DNA of 64,000 nt from Eledone cirrhosa. Taxonomy: Eukaryota. Positions 39,641 through 52,048 of the stretch are shown here, piece after piece. The stretch is taken from positions 224,006,001-224,070,000 of the forward strand of contig OZ024740.1 of the NCBI GenBank assembly GCA_964016885.1, written 5' to 3'. A model generated the notes under the pieces. It was not told the DNA's origin. It saw only the letters and a program-made list of their open reading frames with translations, and searched no databases. A program made the position numbers and the translations under genes. Position 1 is the stretch's first letter, and every line of letters starts with the position of its first letter.

Positions 39641-41609
39641 TACACTACATATGTTTCACAGATCATTAACTCAAGCTCTTTATTGACCAGAAAGAGCTGA
39701 CTCCAGTATTGATCTGTTCATCAGACTAGTGGAGAATATGTACAGTGTTCATTGGTTCAGTCATTTTTAAAACCAACTGTTGTAGCTAAAATATTATTTA
39801 AACTGTTGCATGTCATACCTTCTAACCACAGATATTACAAACTGCTCAGCAAAATACATTTGGAAATATTCTATTCTACTATATCTAATAGAACTTATAA
39901 CCAGAAATATTATTTATCTTTTAGAAAGCAAAGATAGATATATTTATAGCTATACCAGTTTTATTAGTTTTAACATTCATTCATAAACATAAAATTGCAG
40001 ACTATGACTTCTGATAATCAACTAATATTTCTATTAAGCACCATGCATGGTGATTGCATATCATAGAATTACAGAATTGAACCAGAATCGAAGTGCATTA
40101 AAATTATTTTAGCATAGACCATAATCAACTCAACATGTTTAATTTAGTGTTAACACATATTACACTGGGTGTATTAACATTTTAATAAGAAACAAAAATG
40201 AAGTAAAGAAAAGTAAGATAGCTATATTCCTTCACTTATGGGAAACACTTATGGGAAATACTAATGTTTTGGTTTTATTAGATCTCTTCAGGAAAATATA
40301 AACTTCACATTACTTGTCAAAGTTGAGATAAGAGAATCATAATGCTGATAATATCAAAACATTTGGTCCTCATATTGAAATATTGAAAATAATATTACAC
40401 ATTGATTAATATTGTTTTTCCTTTATCATTTAATTATTTATAGGTAGCTTTTTGATGCTTACTGCATTAAATATGTTAGAATTAACCATCATTTTCCATG
40501 AAGAGTAAATTATTCTCTAGATTTACCAAAAGCAGATATCAAACTCGATTTGTAGTGTCAAACAATCATAACTATTTAGTTGTATATATATGTATGCACA
40601 TGCACATATTAGGGTGAATATGAGTATGGGTATTTTATGAATACCAGGGTTATCCAGAGATAGACTGGCATCCAATCTGAGGAGGAGGATCGTACTCTCC
40701 ATCACTTAATCTCCATGAAACTGAGATAAATACCAAGTTTTATTAAACCCATGCAAAATAATAATTCAAACAACTATACCATACTTATGAATTAAGTATA
40801 AGATAGCATTTTGAAAATGATGGATCTGTTGTAAAGAAACCGCCTCAAATGTTTCTACTGGTGCATGCTGGCATGGAAAAGTGGAAAGAAATGATAAAAA
40901 CTATGATATATTCACTTTTGAGAATTGTACCTATTTACAAATTTGTTTGAGTAAGAAAAGTAATACTGTAGTGTGAATCAATACGAAGTAATATATTTAA
41001 GAAAGGTCAATATTACTTATACTTTAAATTGAATAATATTTGCTTTATGAACAGTTATTGTGTTCAAATGTTGTCATAGGCATTGTAGTATGCCCTAAGG
41101 GAAGTTAGAATTACTTTAGTATTAACTCATATTAAGTACTGTCCTCAATTTATGGTAACTAACTTAACACTCATACTGGCAGCTTGTTAAAAAAAACCTT
41201 TAGGCATGTTTTGAATATAGAGACTTATTTGAGCTGTGTAAAAATGTAGATTACAATAGAAGAATTAGGAAATTATATGAATTGTATTTTCACAATTCAT
41301 ACAGCAAAAATCATTGTAAAAGGTTTTGGCAAAGTAAAGTAATACTGATAGCATTGCTGATCTCAAAGTGTGTTTAAAATTGCTTTTAGCTGTTAATAGT
41401 CAAGCTATTAGGGTTTTACTTTTTATGTTTTAGATGCTTAGCCATAGCTCAATCTTGATTGAGCAGGTATATGATCAAAAGCCTTCTAATTGTGACCATC
41501 CCATTTTTCTAGACGCATATTGGTTCATATTATCCAATGATTCTTTTCATTATTTAAGAAAGCATCGGCCCTGGTGGCTAATAAATGAAACTATTATTTA
41601 AGAAAGTAG

Positions 41610-41831
41610 GGGTGGTGGATTAGCAGTATCAGTAGAGCCTTGGACAATATGCTTTACACCATATAGTTGTTGCCCTGTATGTTCTGATTTAAAATCCCAC
41701 CGAGGTTAGCTTTGCCTTTCATCCTTACAGGGTTGATAAAATAAATTACCAGTAATGAACTGTGGTCGAATTACTCGACCTTCCCTTTCCCTTTCTAATT
41801 GCTGACATTGTACCAAAAGTAGAAACTATTA
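41610..41831 (+). mobile_element. SINE family B
   Basis: Core present, and tttaagaaagtag is duplicated on both sides. Confidence 0.8.
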
Positions 41832-42042
41832 TTTAAGAAAGTAGAAGTGATTGGAAGGATATTTGATTGTTTGAGCAACAACATAGAGGGTTCCTGGTCA
41901 GTTTATTATTTGTGTGTATTGTGGTTTCTAAGATAAAGTCAATGCATTCATTTTCCTTTTTCTTTAATTAAAATCATAACATTGAGTGTGTTATAGCTTG
42001 TTATTATCTGTGTCTGATATCTTGGGATGATAGCAGTTTGCT

Positions 42043-42950
42043 ATGGTATCTCTGGGAAGGTGCATGCTACAAATACGTTTTTTTCTCTTTGATACAACTC
42101 TGAAGGTTGTGGTAAATGGCCAATTGCCAGATGCTAATAGAATCAATGCTGACATGCCCCAGGTGTCTCTCCTCAGACCGATTGTTTTCCTAATCTTTAT
42201 AAATGATCTGCCTTACCACATCATAATATCATTTGTTGACATTTACACAGATGAAACCACAGTCTATAGTCATACATCCAGAAACCATAATGACCTATAC
42301 TTGGCAGCTGAACTCTTCTCTGAATTTGAGTGCACTGCTCAATGGGAAAATGAATGGCATGTTACATTTAACACTTTGAAAAAACTAAGCTTCTCTCTTT
42401 CCACTGCCCAAATGCTTCCGTTGTTAATATGAATGGTATCTTGTTGAAAGAAACTCACAGCGTTGAGCTTAAAATTCATTCCTATAATCGTTCAGTTTTC
42501 AAAGTTTCTGGGAAAATGATGGGTCCTTCTAGCATTCAAGACCATATCCTACTCCATCTGCAAATTTGTTTCTTATTAAAAGATAGGACTGAAAATGCTG
42601 CTGAAATGCTGCTCAAGCATATATATCTTGTCTTGATAGAGTACAGAGAAACTAATGTAACCTCGTTTTAAACGAGCTCTTCTCACCCCTCAAGCCACTT
42701 TCTCACATACCTGGTGCCATAAGCCACAGGAAATGTTCTAGAAACCAAAACGAAGCCTTCTCCATGAGGACCCATCTCACTAAGTCCATCAAGGCAAACC
42801 AAATACACTCTCATCATATTCCCAAAATCACTCATGGAAAAAGTTTTATTCATTAAAAATGCATGAAACAAACTGCCAGGGGTTGCTTTCCTTGAAGCTA
42901 CAACATTGACCTTTTTGAAAAAGGGTCAATAAGTACCTCACCATGTCATA
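42043..42950 (+). pseudogene. CR1/L2/Jockey-type LINE RT fragment
   Basis: MPQVSLLRPIVFLIFINDLP...IYTDET is a decayed form of VPQGS.LGP.LF.IFINDL...YADD. Confidence 0.75.
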
Positions 42951-43005
42951 ATTTCATCAAAACTGCCGGTTTATTCGTTATTTTTGCACTTATAGCAGTG
43001 ACTCT

Positions 43006-43207
43006 TAAGAGGATCAGCTGAAAAGTTGATAGGCTGATCATGAGACTCTCACGGAATGACCAAATGAGGTTTATATGTCTACATAGTCTCTGACAATAAA
43101 CAATGCAGTTATTAATAAGAAGAACTGAAATAAATGCATGTAAGATTTCACAGCTCTAGCATCAATCCTTCATATTTAGCCCATGAAATTTTCAGCCAGC
43201 TATCATA
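43006..43207. mobile_element. Possible mariner-type MITE
   Basis: Imperfect TIRs of about 30 bp (taagaggatcagctgaaaagttgataggct / agcccatgaaattttcagccagctatcata) with TA ends. Confidence 0.5.
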
Positions 43208-43344
43208 CATTTCCCCACATAATCCTTTTCTTCATATTCAGTCATGTAAATTCAAGTGGCTTTAACACTTTTTTATGTGGTGACATTTAGTACATAAAAG
43301 GTATGGTGATTTTTCTACATTTTGGGTTCCTACATCTTCTAAGC

Positions 43345-43347
<3 letters not shown>

Positions 43348-43429
<82 letters not shown>

Positions 43430-43452
43430 ACACACATACATACATACATACA

Positions 43453-43488
<36 letters not shown>

Positions 43489-43503
43489 TATATATAGAGA
43501 GAG

Positions 43504-43542
<39 letters not shown>

Positions 43543-43545
43543 GAG
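43348..43545. repeat. Compound (CA)n-(TACA)n-(TA)n-(GATA)n microsatellite
   Basis: Read directly from the sequence. Confidence 0.97.
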
Positions 43546-44215
43546 TGGGGGAGCATATCCATGCAAGTATGGAAAAAGAGGCATAAAGTATGATGATGAC
43601 AATTACAGCTTTTACAAACAAACATCAAACATGCACACACCTCAACACTTATCACCACAGCTTCATACTTACGATAAAACACAAACACACTCTTAAACTT
43701 ATATAAACACACACATCGTCATAGCATTGTACAGAAAATGTCAGACACACATGCACACATACACACTCTATATACAAAAGGATGTTTTCCTTTTCAGCAA
43801 GACACCTTTGATCACTGCCTTTTAAAACAAGACCAACTGATTTTCTTATACACCAATGCCTCTCCTCAATCTTTCAATTTCTACTCTCCTCAATCTTTCA
43901 ATTTCTTCTTTAATTTCACATTCTATTTTCTGAAAAAGTACTACTGTCCGAAACATTAATAGTTTTTTCCTATGATATCAAGTGTAAAACTAATATATAT
44001 CATCATTGTACTGTGTTGTTTGCTTTGCATATATATTTATATATATATAAGAAGCAAAGAAAATTTCAATGATACAAAAGATTTCCTGGTGGAAGTTCAG
44101 GTGTACTCCGGGTTGGTATCCAATTTTGGCGTGAAAATCCAACAAATTTATCTAAATATATTTTTTTCCAATTCCAACCTGCCCGTCCCCTCAATCTATC
44201 TTATTTCTCATTCTT

Positions 44216-44251
44216 TCTTCTGATAAAGGACTGGCGTCCGAATCGTTAAGA
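44216..44251 (+). ncRNA. HHR motif with two core substitutions, in a (TA)n-bounded island (about 44050-44335)
   Basis: TCTT-CTGATAA-aGGAC tggc GTCC-GAAT-CG-TT-AAGA. Stems I and II are perfect. Confidence 0.65.
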
Positions 44252-44359
44252 CCTTCTTCCTGCTATATCGAGGGTTAACCTAATATATCCCTTTCATATA
44301 CTGTACCGATTGTGTTATTTCTGTTTACCTTTTACATACATATACATATATATATATCT

Positions 44360-44749
44360 ATTAGAATTGGTGCTCTGAAATAGCTATATATATATATGAA
44401 TGTATATATAGTGTATTTTTCAATACACTGTATGCTTAATTAAAAGCATTTCGAAGACCTTATGCTATTGTTTTAGAGTAGTGATAGTCTCACTTACTTT
44501 AATTTTCAGCCAACAGGGGAGATAAAGCCGACAGAGCCCTGTTTCGCATTTGTTGATGCTTATCAAGGCTTACTACTCCTCCTGTTTGCCGAAAATCATG
44601 GTTGTTTTATTCTTATAGAATTCTAGTAAATAATCAGGAACTGATTATACAGAGCAGTTGCCGGTCAAGCAGAAATTGAAAATTAGAATTGGTGCTCTGA
44701 AATAGCTATATATATATGAATGTATATATAGTGTATTTTGCAATACACT
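44360..44749 (-). mobile_element. Terminally redundant 322-bp non-coding unit with an HHR (retrozyme-like or PLE pseudo-LTR)
   Basis: Direct repeats of about 70 bp at 44360-44429 and 44682-44749, with TA flanks. Confidence 0.65.
44525..44571 (-). ncRNA. Type-I HHR with a U3-A8 core
   Basis: AAGCC-TTGATAA-GCAT caacaa ATGC-GAAA-CAGGGCTCTG-TC-GGCTT. All three stems pair and the triplet is GUC. Confidence 0.8.
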
Positions 44750-44775
44750 ATATATACATATATATATACACACAC

Positions 44776-44846
<71 letters not shown>

Positions 44847-44928
44847 TAGATAGATAGATAGATATATGTGTGTGTATGTATATATATATATATATATATA
44901 TAGATAGATAGATAGATATATGTGTGTG

Positions 44929-45015
<87 letters not shown>

Positions 45016-45578
45016 ATGTATGTATGTACTGAATATATGAAGAAACTAAACGAAGTTGTAAACAAACCAGAGGTATAACAATGCATCACACAGAGAAGTA
45101 GATTAGATTACAAATTATATTTGAAACTGAAATTTTATACATTGTGACAATAGTTTCCTTCTTTATCTATTTTCTATCAATCATTGTTAAAGATAAGATA
45201 ATTGTATATCTGTATATGACATAATCTACAACATTTCATGTGGAATTAGTCCTTGAATAATACAAAACTTTTTTATGTAGTTAGAAGGTTATTGTTTAAG
45301 GCTATCAGTTATTCACTCACTTGTCGTTTTGATGTATGATGACAAAAGTAATGTATTTTATTATTTATATTTACAGTAGGAAATATTAGTTACTTATAGC
45401 TGAACTCTTTTTCCAGTGAACGTTAAGTCTTTTTATGTTTATCTATATTTGTTTATAATCAATGCAGCGTGCTGGCATTAATGTATGATTAAAAATCTTA
45501 CTTCTCAATATCACCGCTTCAAGTTCCATCCATCCCACTGTTTCATAGCTACCATATTAGTAGAAGCCCACCATATAT

Positions 45579-45609
<31 letters not shown>

Positions 45610-45619
45610 ATCATTATTA

Positions 45620-46480
45620 ATTTTATAACTTTATGAATTTAACTCCTCTAATACGTAAACATCTCAATGGAAAGATAAGATATATTAATAAATTATCTCC
45701 TCAGAGAACTAATAAAGTGTATTAAATTTAAGCCAAAATGTCAATATTGGGTCGATATAAGCTAGATCAGCTAAATTAAGTCGGTTTTACTTATATAGTT
45801 CCCCGACCATGGTTTCTGGAACTCAAGAAACATCAATCATTCCAAGATGTTGGAATAACCAATATTGGAATAATTTCAGTTCCTTTATTGGGAAGAGAAT
45901 TCTTACTTACGAATAAAGGAACAAAGTGAATATATATCATACATACCAACATACATACAACTATATGTACATACTTCATAATTGTCCCATCAACAATGCA
46001 GAAATGTGCACAAGACCATATGAGGTTGACAAGGTCAGAGGTAAAGTATGTAGCTCCTTATAAATCGGAAGCACTATTCAGATACTGCATATGTGGATCA
46101 AGAGGCACATGATGATGAAATCTTTTTTTGCTAAAAAATAGTTTGACAGATGCTGCAGCCAAGACACTTAGGTCACCCTAAAGGTGACTAAAGGAATGTG
46201 GGCAATTAAAGAATCAAAGACGCCATTATCAATAACAAGAAAAAAATAAACAGAGATAAATAATAGATTGGAAATGCACGAAACAGATTGACTACTATAA
46301 CGACTTCAACCATGCATGTACAGAAGAAAGGGTCTTTGTTTCACATTTGAAAAGGGGATGCGCCCCGAAATATGATGTTGTATTATACTGAGTAAAACAT
46401 TCTTTTGTTTTGCTTTAATTATTATCCTGTGTCCTTTATATATATTTAACACATTCTAATGGTTTTAAAAACTTATCAGT
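45620..46480 (+). mobile_element. Decayed PLE 3' part (GIY-YIG relic plus HHR)
   Basis: About 46047-46110 translates CSSL*IGSTIQILHMWIKRH (compare C..YIGST.R.L..RI.EH). HHR at 46343. The left boundary is approximate. Confidence 0.55.
46343..46378 (+). ncRNA. HHR motif with a U3-A8 core; cleavage nucleotide is G, so probably inactive
   Basis: ACAT-TTGAAAA-GGGG atgcg CCCC-GAAA-TA-TG-ATGT. Confidence 0.7.
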
Positions 46481-46487
46481 CATTTGT

Positions 46488-46519
<32 letters not shown>

Positions 46520-46548
46520 AAAGAATAGAGGTGTAACACACAAGTTAT

Positions 46549-46942
46549 TATATATTGGTAAACGGAATAGAAAATGCTGACAAATTGTTCACAGTTGAAA
46601 AATGGTTTAATTAGGAATAAAAGAGTATTAGTGATTGTATGGGTTAGTATTCAGTTGTGGTTTTAAGTTTTTAAGTTTTTACCGGTTGCGCATTTCTAAA
46701 TGCTTTTCAAAAATAATTTTGAGATAGAGTGTCCGTGCTGTTTGCTCTGATCAGAGCAAACAGCACGGACACTCTATCTCAAAATTATTTTTGAAAAGCA
46801 TTTAGAAATGCGCAACCGGTAAAAACTTAAAAACTTAAAACCACAACTGAATACTAACCCATACAATCACTAATACTCTTTTATTCCTAATTAAACCATT
46901 TTTCAACTGTGAACAATTTGTCAGCATTTTCTATTCCGTTTA

Positions 46943-46952
<10 letters not shown>
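46549..46952. repeat. Apparently perfect 404-bp spacerless palindrome in (TA)n, with an HHR-like motif in each arm
   Basis: Centre ctga|tcag at 46750/46751. Motif ttt-TTGAAAA-GCATTT ag AAATGC-GCAA-CCGG-TA-aaa at 46788-46824 (+) and 46677-46713 (-). Confidence 0.9.
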
Positions 46953-46993
<41 letters not shown>

Positions 46994-47005
46994 ATATATA
47001 TTATA

Positions 47006-47097
<92 letters not shown>

Positions 47098-47223
47098 GTA
47101 GGAGGTGAGTTTTATTGTAGTACAATAAAGCAATGCAGATATCGGATAAGAAGCACTCTACAGTTTGTAGGGCTGGAGTATACATAATATAAGATCAAAA
47201 GATGGTTAAAGGAGTTCCATGTA

Positions 47224-47290
47224 TTTTATTATGCGCATTTCAAAAACAAACATCATCATGCAATAATATTTGTGTTTTCATCAGATAAAA
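47224..47290 (-). ncRNA. Type-I HHR (left arm copy)
   Basis: Mirror image of 51982-52048. Confidence 0.85.
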
Positions 47291-48303
47291 CAGGAGAACA
47301 TGATATGAAGGCTAAAAAACACTTGTGGATAGTGCAGTTTTAAATCAACATATGAAAAGTGGTTTTAGATTGATGTGTGATATTGGGAAAAATATTTTAT
47401 TTAGAGAGGGGGGGTGGAAAGGATGAAAAAGGGGAGGAGATGAGAGGGAGAGATGGGTGATAGAGAGAAAGAGATAGTTTTTATAACTGAGAGGAGATAT
47501 ATTGTTTTACATAGAGAGGTTGAAAACCGTTGGAAGATAATGTATAAATTAAAAAAAAATTGAAAATTAACGAAAGGAGGATATGTGCGAGGAAAAAGTA
47601 TTTTATTTAGGGAGGGGGGGGGGGATGAAAAAAAGGGGGAGGAGATGAGAGTGAAGGTGGAGAGGGAGAGATGGGTGATAGAGAGAAAGAGATAGTTTTT
47701 ATAACTGAGAGAAAGATATATTGTTTTACATAGAGAGGTTGAGAAACCGTTGGAAGATAATGTATAAATTAAAGGAATTTGAAAATTAACGAAGGGAATT
47801 TATGTATGAAGATAGAGAGAAGAAATAATAATTGTGGATGAATATTCTAACGTCAAAAAAGGGTATGTTGTGGCAATTTCAAAATTAACGAAGAGAAAAA
47901 TTATTAAGGTTTGTGTGTAGAAGGATTTGAGAAAAATAATGTGAAGTTAAAGTTTGTATATTGGAGGAATTGATAATATATGCGAATAGAGTTAATATGT
48001 ATTAAGAATGAGTTCGTTGATGGGGAGAAACAAATATAATAAATTAAGGATGAAATTGAGATTAAAAAGATTTATGATAGAGAGAAAAAATAATGATTGC
48101 GGATGAATATTCTAACGTCAAAAAACAGATGTATATGTTATGAATGATTTTACAAGGTGAAGATAGAATGAGGGTAATGAGTAAACAAGTATTATAGAGT
48201 GTATAAAGCCCTTTAAAGTATGGTAGGAAGATGGGTCTATTTTAAAGAGGTGTATGTATATGTGCCTTTGAGAAAAGATTCTAAATTGATAAAGAATTGA
48301 ATA

Positions 48304-49291
48304 TTAACTGTATACTTTGTGAAAAGTTCTATGGAATTTATGCAGGCAGATAGAAAACAAATCTGTACGTCTATTTATTATAGAATCTAGGTTAGAGATA
48401 ATGATAAATTTTTCATTTAGGCAGAGATTACAGATTTTAGATAGAGAGCTGTTCAAGTATGGGGATGCAGAAGAAACCTTCTTCCAAAAGATGGTATATT
48501 TAATGTTTTTGTCTTTTAAGGACCATATGAGTTCTGAGAGAGCAGTGTTGGTTCTTTTAAGTTTGTATTTGAAAGATGAATGATGATTATAGAGACGAGC
48601 TTTAAAAGAGGTGGAAGTGGAGCCAAAATAGGTGAAGGAATTGGTGCTAGTTATAATTTTACATTCATAAATTAAGTTTTTATCGAGACAATGGTTGTTG
48701 AGAGGACATTTATTTTTAATGCGGCAGTTGCAATTAGAGAGATTATTAATGAGTGACCTAGTGTTATCTATAGAAGGAATTGGATTGGAGAAGTTGTTTG
48801 CGATAGGAATAATAGGAATAATAGTTTCTTGATTTAGAGTTGGATTATGAACATTTAGCGAAGTTGTGTTTGACGTTGTATTTGGGTTTACAGAAGTTAG
48901 CCTAGGGTTTACAATGACGTCGGGAGTACTATTACTGTTATTATGAAATTCAATGTTGGAAGGAAGAGATTTAGTATTTAGTATTTTATTGTTGTGTTTA
49001 GAGATGATGTTGGAAATATTGGAGGATGTGGAACAAGAAAATTTGATGGTGTGTTTGTTAAATATTTTACTATAGATATGTGAGGGAGGGAAGCATTTAT
49101 TTAAGGCACTAAAAAATAATTTAGGAATATTGTTATTAATAGAGATGGAGAAAGGAGCATTATACCAGATTATGTTTTTGTATCTAGGTCTTTTATTAAA
49201 ATTATTGGAATGATCATGATTAATTATTCTACTGTAAGTTTTTCTAGAATTTGTTTCTTTACTATATTTGATTTTATCTGGATAGCCGGCT
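48304..49291 (-). CDS. Inverted copy of the PLE C-terminal half (GIY-YIG)
   Basis: Identical to the C-terminal about 330 aa of 49295-50968 except for about 5 residues. Confidence 0.85.
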
Positions 49292-49294
49292 GAG

Positions 49295-50968
49295 GTGATT
49301 GGCTGGTTCAACAAATTGGATAATAAAAACAAACTAAAATTTATTCAATTTGATATTGCCAGCTACTATTCCTCCATTTCGCCTTCACTTCTCAAAAATG
49401 CTCTATCTTTCGCACTTAAATATTCTGACATCACCACAGATGAACTTCACATCATCCTCACCGCACGTAAAACCATCCTAGAGTTCAACAACGAATATTG
49501 GACCAGAGCCGATACCTCTAACAACTTCGACATCACAATGGGAGCATCCGATTCATCCCAATTGACTGATTTAATTGGTATCTTCATTTTGAACTCTTTG
49601 AGTCGGAAAATTCCTCAACTTCGAGGTGGAATTTATCGTGACGATGGACTCTTTACTATCCTAAATTGCAATATAGTTAACCTTAATATTATTAAGAACA
49701 ATATACGTAATCTCTTTAACCAACATAACCTAAAGATTGAATTTGATAATAGTATCAAACTAGCTAATTTCTTGGATGTATCTCTTAATCTTGACACTGG
49801 CCTATATTACCCTTACCATAAAAACAATGAGAACCTAAATTATGTTAACTTTAAATCTAACCATCCTACCAATATCAAGAATGCTATAGTTAGTAATATT
49901 GGAAAAAGAATATCTAACATATCCTCTAATAAAAACATCTTTGATGCTAACGCCAATTACTATAATAACGCACTTTCTAAAGCCGGCTATCCAGATAAAA
50001 TCAAATATAGTAAAGAAACAAATTCTAGAAAAACTTACAGTAGAATAATTAATCATGATCATTCCAATAATTTTAATAAAAGACCTAGATACAAAAACAT
50101 AATCTGGTATAATGCTCCTTTCTCCATCTCTATTAATAACAATATTCCTAAATTATTTTTTAGTGCCTTAAATAAATGCTTCCCTCCCTCACATATCTAT
50201 AGTAAAATATTTAACAAACACACCATCAAATTTTCTTATTCCACATCCTCCAATATTTCCAACATCATCTCTAAACACAACAATAAAATACTAAATTATA
50301 AATCTCTTCCTTCCAACATTGAATTTCATAATAACAGTAATAGTATTCCCGACGTCATTGTAAACCCTAGGCTAACTTCTGTAAACCCAAATACAACGTC
50401 AAACACAACTTCGCTAAATGTTCATAATCCAACTCTAAATCAAGAAACTATTATTCCTATTATTCCTATCGCAAACAACTTCTCCAATCCAATTCCTTCT
50501 ATAGATAACACTAGGTCACTCATTAATAATCTCTCTAATTGCAACTGCCGCATTAAAAATAAATGTCCTCTCAACAACCATTGTCTCGATAAAAACTTAA
50601 TTTATGAATGTAAAATTATAACTAGCACCAATTCCTTCACCTATTTTGGCTCCACTTCCACCTCTTTTAAAGCCCGTCTCTATAATCATCATTCATCTTT
50701 CAAATACAAACTTAAAAGAACCAACACTGCTCTCTCAGAACTCATATGGTCCTTAAAAGACAAAAACATTAAATATACCATCTTTTGGAAGAAGGTTTCT
50801 TCTGCATCCTCATACTTGAACAGCTCTCTATCTAAAATCTGTAATCTCTGCCTAAATGAAAAATTTACCATTATCTCTAATCTAGATTCTATAATAAATA
50901 GACGTACAGATTTATTTTCTATCTGCCTGCATAAATTCCATAGAACTTTTCACAAAGTATACAGTTAA
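49295..50968 (+). CDS. PLE RT plus GIY-YIG endonuclease, 5'-truncated, uninterrupted 557 aa
   Basis: FDIASYY, DITMG, IYRDDGL, NFLDVSL, SNHP, CNC..K..CPL...C, LIYECK...YFGST...FKARLYNH, CNLCLNEK, SICLH. Confidence 0.9.
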   Translation: MIGWFNKLDNKNKLKFIQFDIASYYSSISPSLLKNALSFALKYSDITTDELHIILTARKTILEFNNEYWTRADTSNNFDITMGASDSSQLTDLIGIFILNSLSRKIPQLRGGIYRDDGLFTILNCNIVNLNIIKNNIRNLFNQHNLKIEFDNSIKLANFLDVSLNLDTGLYYPYHKNNENLNYVNFKSNHPTNIKNAIVSNIGKRISNISSNKNIFDANANYYNNALSKAGYPDKIKYSKETNSRKTYSRIINHDHSNNFNKRPRYKNIIWYNAPFSISINNNIPKLFFSALNKCFPPSHIYSKIFNKHTIKFSYSTSSNISNIISKHNNKILNYKSLPSNIEFHNNSNSIPDVIVNPRLTSVNPNTTSNTTSLNVHNPTLNQETIIPIIPIANNFSNPIPSIDNTRSLINNLSNCNCRIKNKCPLNNHCLDKNLIYECKIITSTNSFTYFGSTSTSFKARLYNHHSSFKYKLKRTNTALSELIWSLKDKNIKYTIFWKKVSSASSYLNSSLSKICNLCLNEKFTIISNLDSIINRRTDLFSICLHKFHRTFHKVYS

Positions 50969-51981
50969 TATTCAATTCTTTATCAATTTAGAATCTTTTC
51001 TCAAAGGCACATATACATACACCTCTTTAAAATATACCCATCTTCCTACCATACTTTAAAGGGCATTATACACTCTATAATACTTGTTTACTCATTACCC
51101 TCATTCTATCTTCACCTTGTAAAATCCTTCATAACATATACATCTGTTTTTTGACGTTAGAATATTCATCCGCAATCATTATTTTTTTCTCTCTATCATA
51201 AATCTTTTTAATCTCAATTTCATCCTTAATTTATTATTTTTTTCTCCCCATCAACGAACTCATTCTTAATACATATTAACTCTTTATTCGCATATATTAT
51301 CAATTCCTCCAATATACAAACTTTAACTTCACATTATTTTTCTCAAATCCTTCTACACACAAACCTTAATAATTTTTCTCTTCGTTAATTTTGAAATTGC
51401 CACAACATACCCTTTTTTGACGTTAGAATATTCATCCACAATTATTATTTCTTCTCTCTATCTTCATACATAAATTCCCTTCGTTAATTTTCAAATTCCT
51501 TTAATTTATACATTATCTTCCAACGGTTTCTCAACCTCTCTATGTAAAACAATATATCTTTCTCTCAGTTATAAAAACTATCTCTTTCTCTCTATCACCC
51601 ATCTCTCCCTCTCCACCTTCACTCTCATCTCCTCCCCCTTTTTTTCACCCCCCCCCCCTCCCTAAATAAAATACCTTTTCCTCGCACATATCCTCCTTTC
51701 GTTAATTTTCAATTTTTTTTTAATTTATACATTATCTTCCAACGGTTTTCAACCTCTCTATGTAAAACAATATATCTCCTCTCAGTTATAAAAACTATCT
51801 CTTTCTCTCTATCACCCATCTCTCCCTCTCATCTCCTCCCCTTTTTCATCCTTTCCACCCCCCCTCTCTAAATAAAATATTTTTCCCAATATCACACATC
51901 AATCTAAAACCACTTTTCATATGTTGATTTAAAACTGCACTATCCACAAGTGTTTTTTAGCCTTCATATCATGTTCTCCTG

Positions 51982-52048
51982 TTTTATCTGATGAAAACAC
52001 AAATATTATTGCATGATGATGTTTGTTTTTGAAATGCGCATAATAAAA
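51982..52048 (+). ncRNA. Type-I HHR with long stem II
   Basis: TTTTAT-CTGATGA-[aaacacaaatattatt gcat gatgatgtttgttttt]-GAAA-TGCGCA-TA-ATAAAA. Confidence 0.85.
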
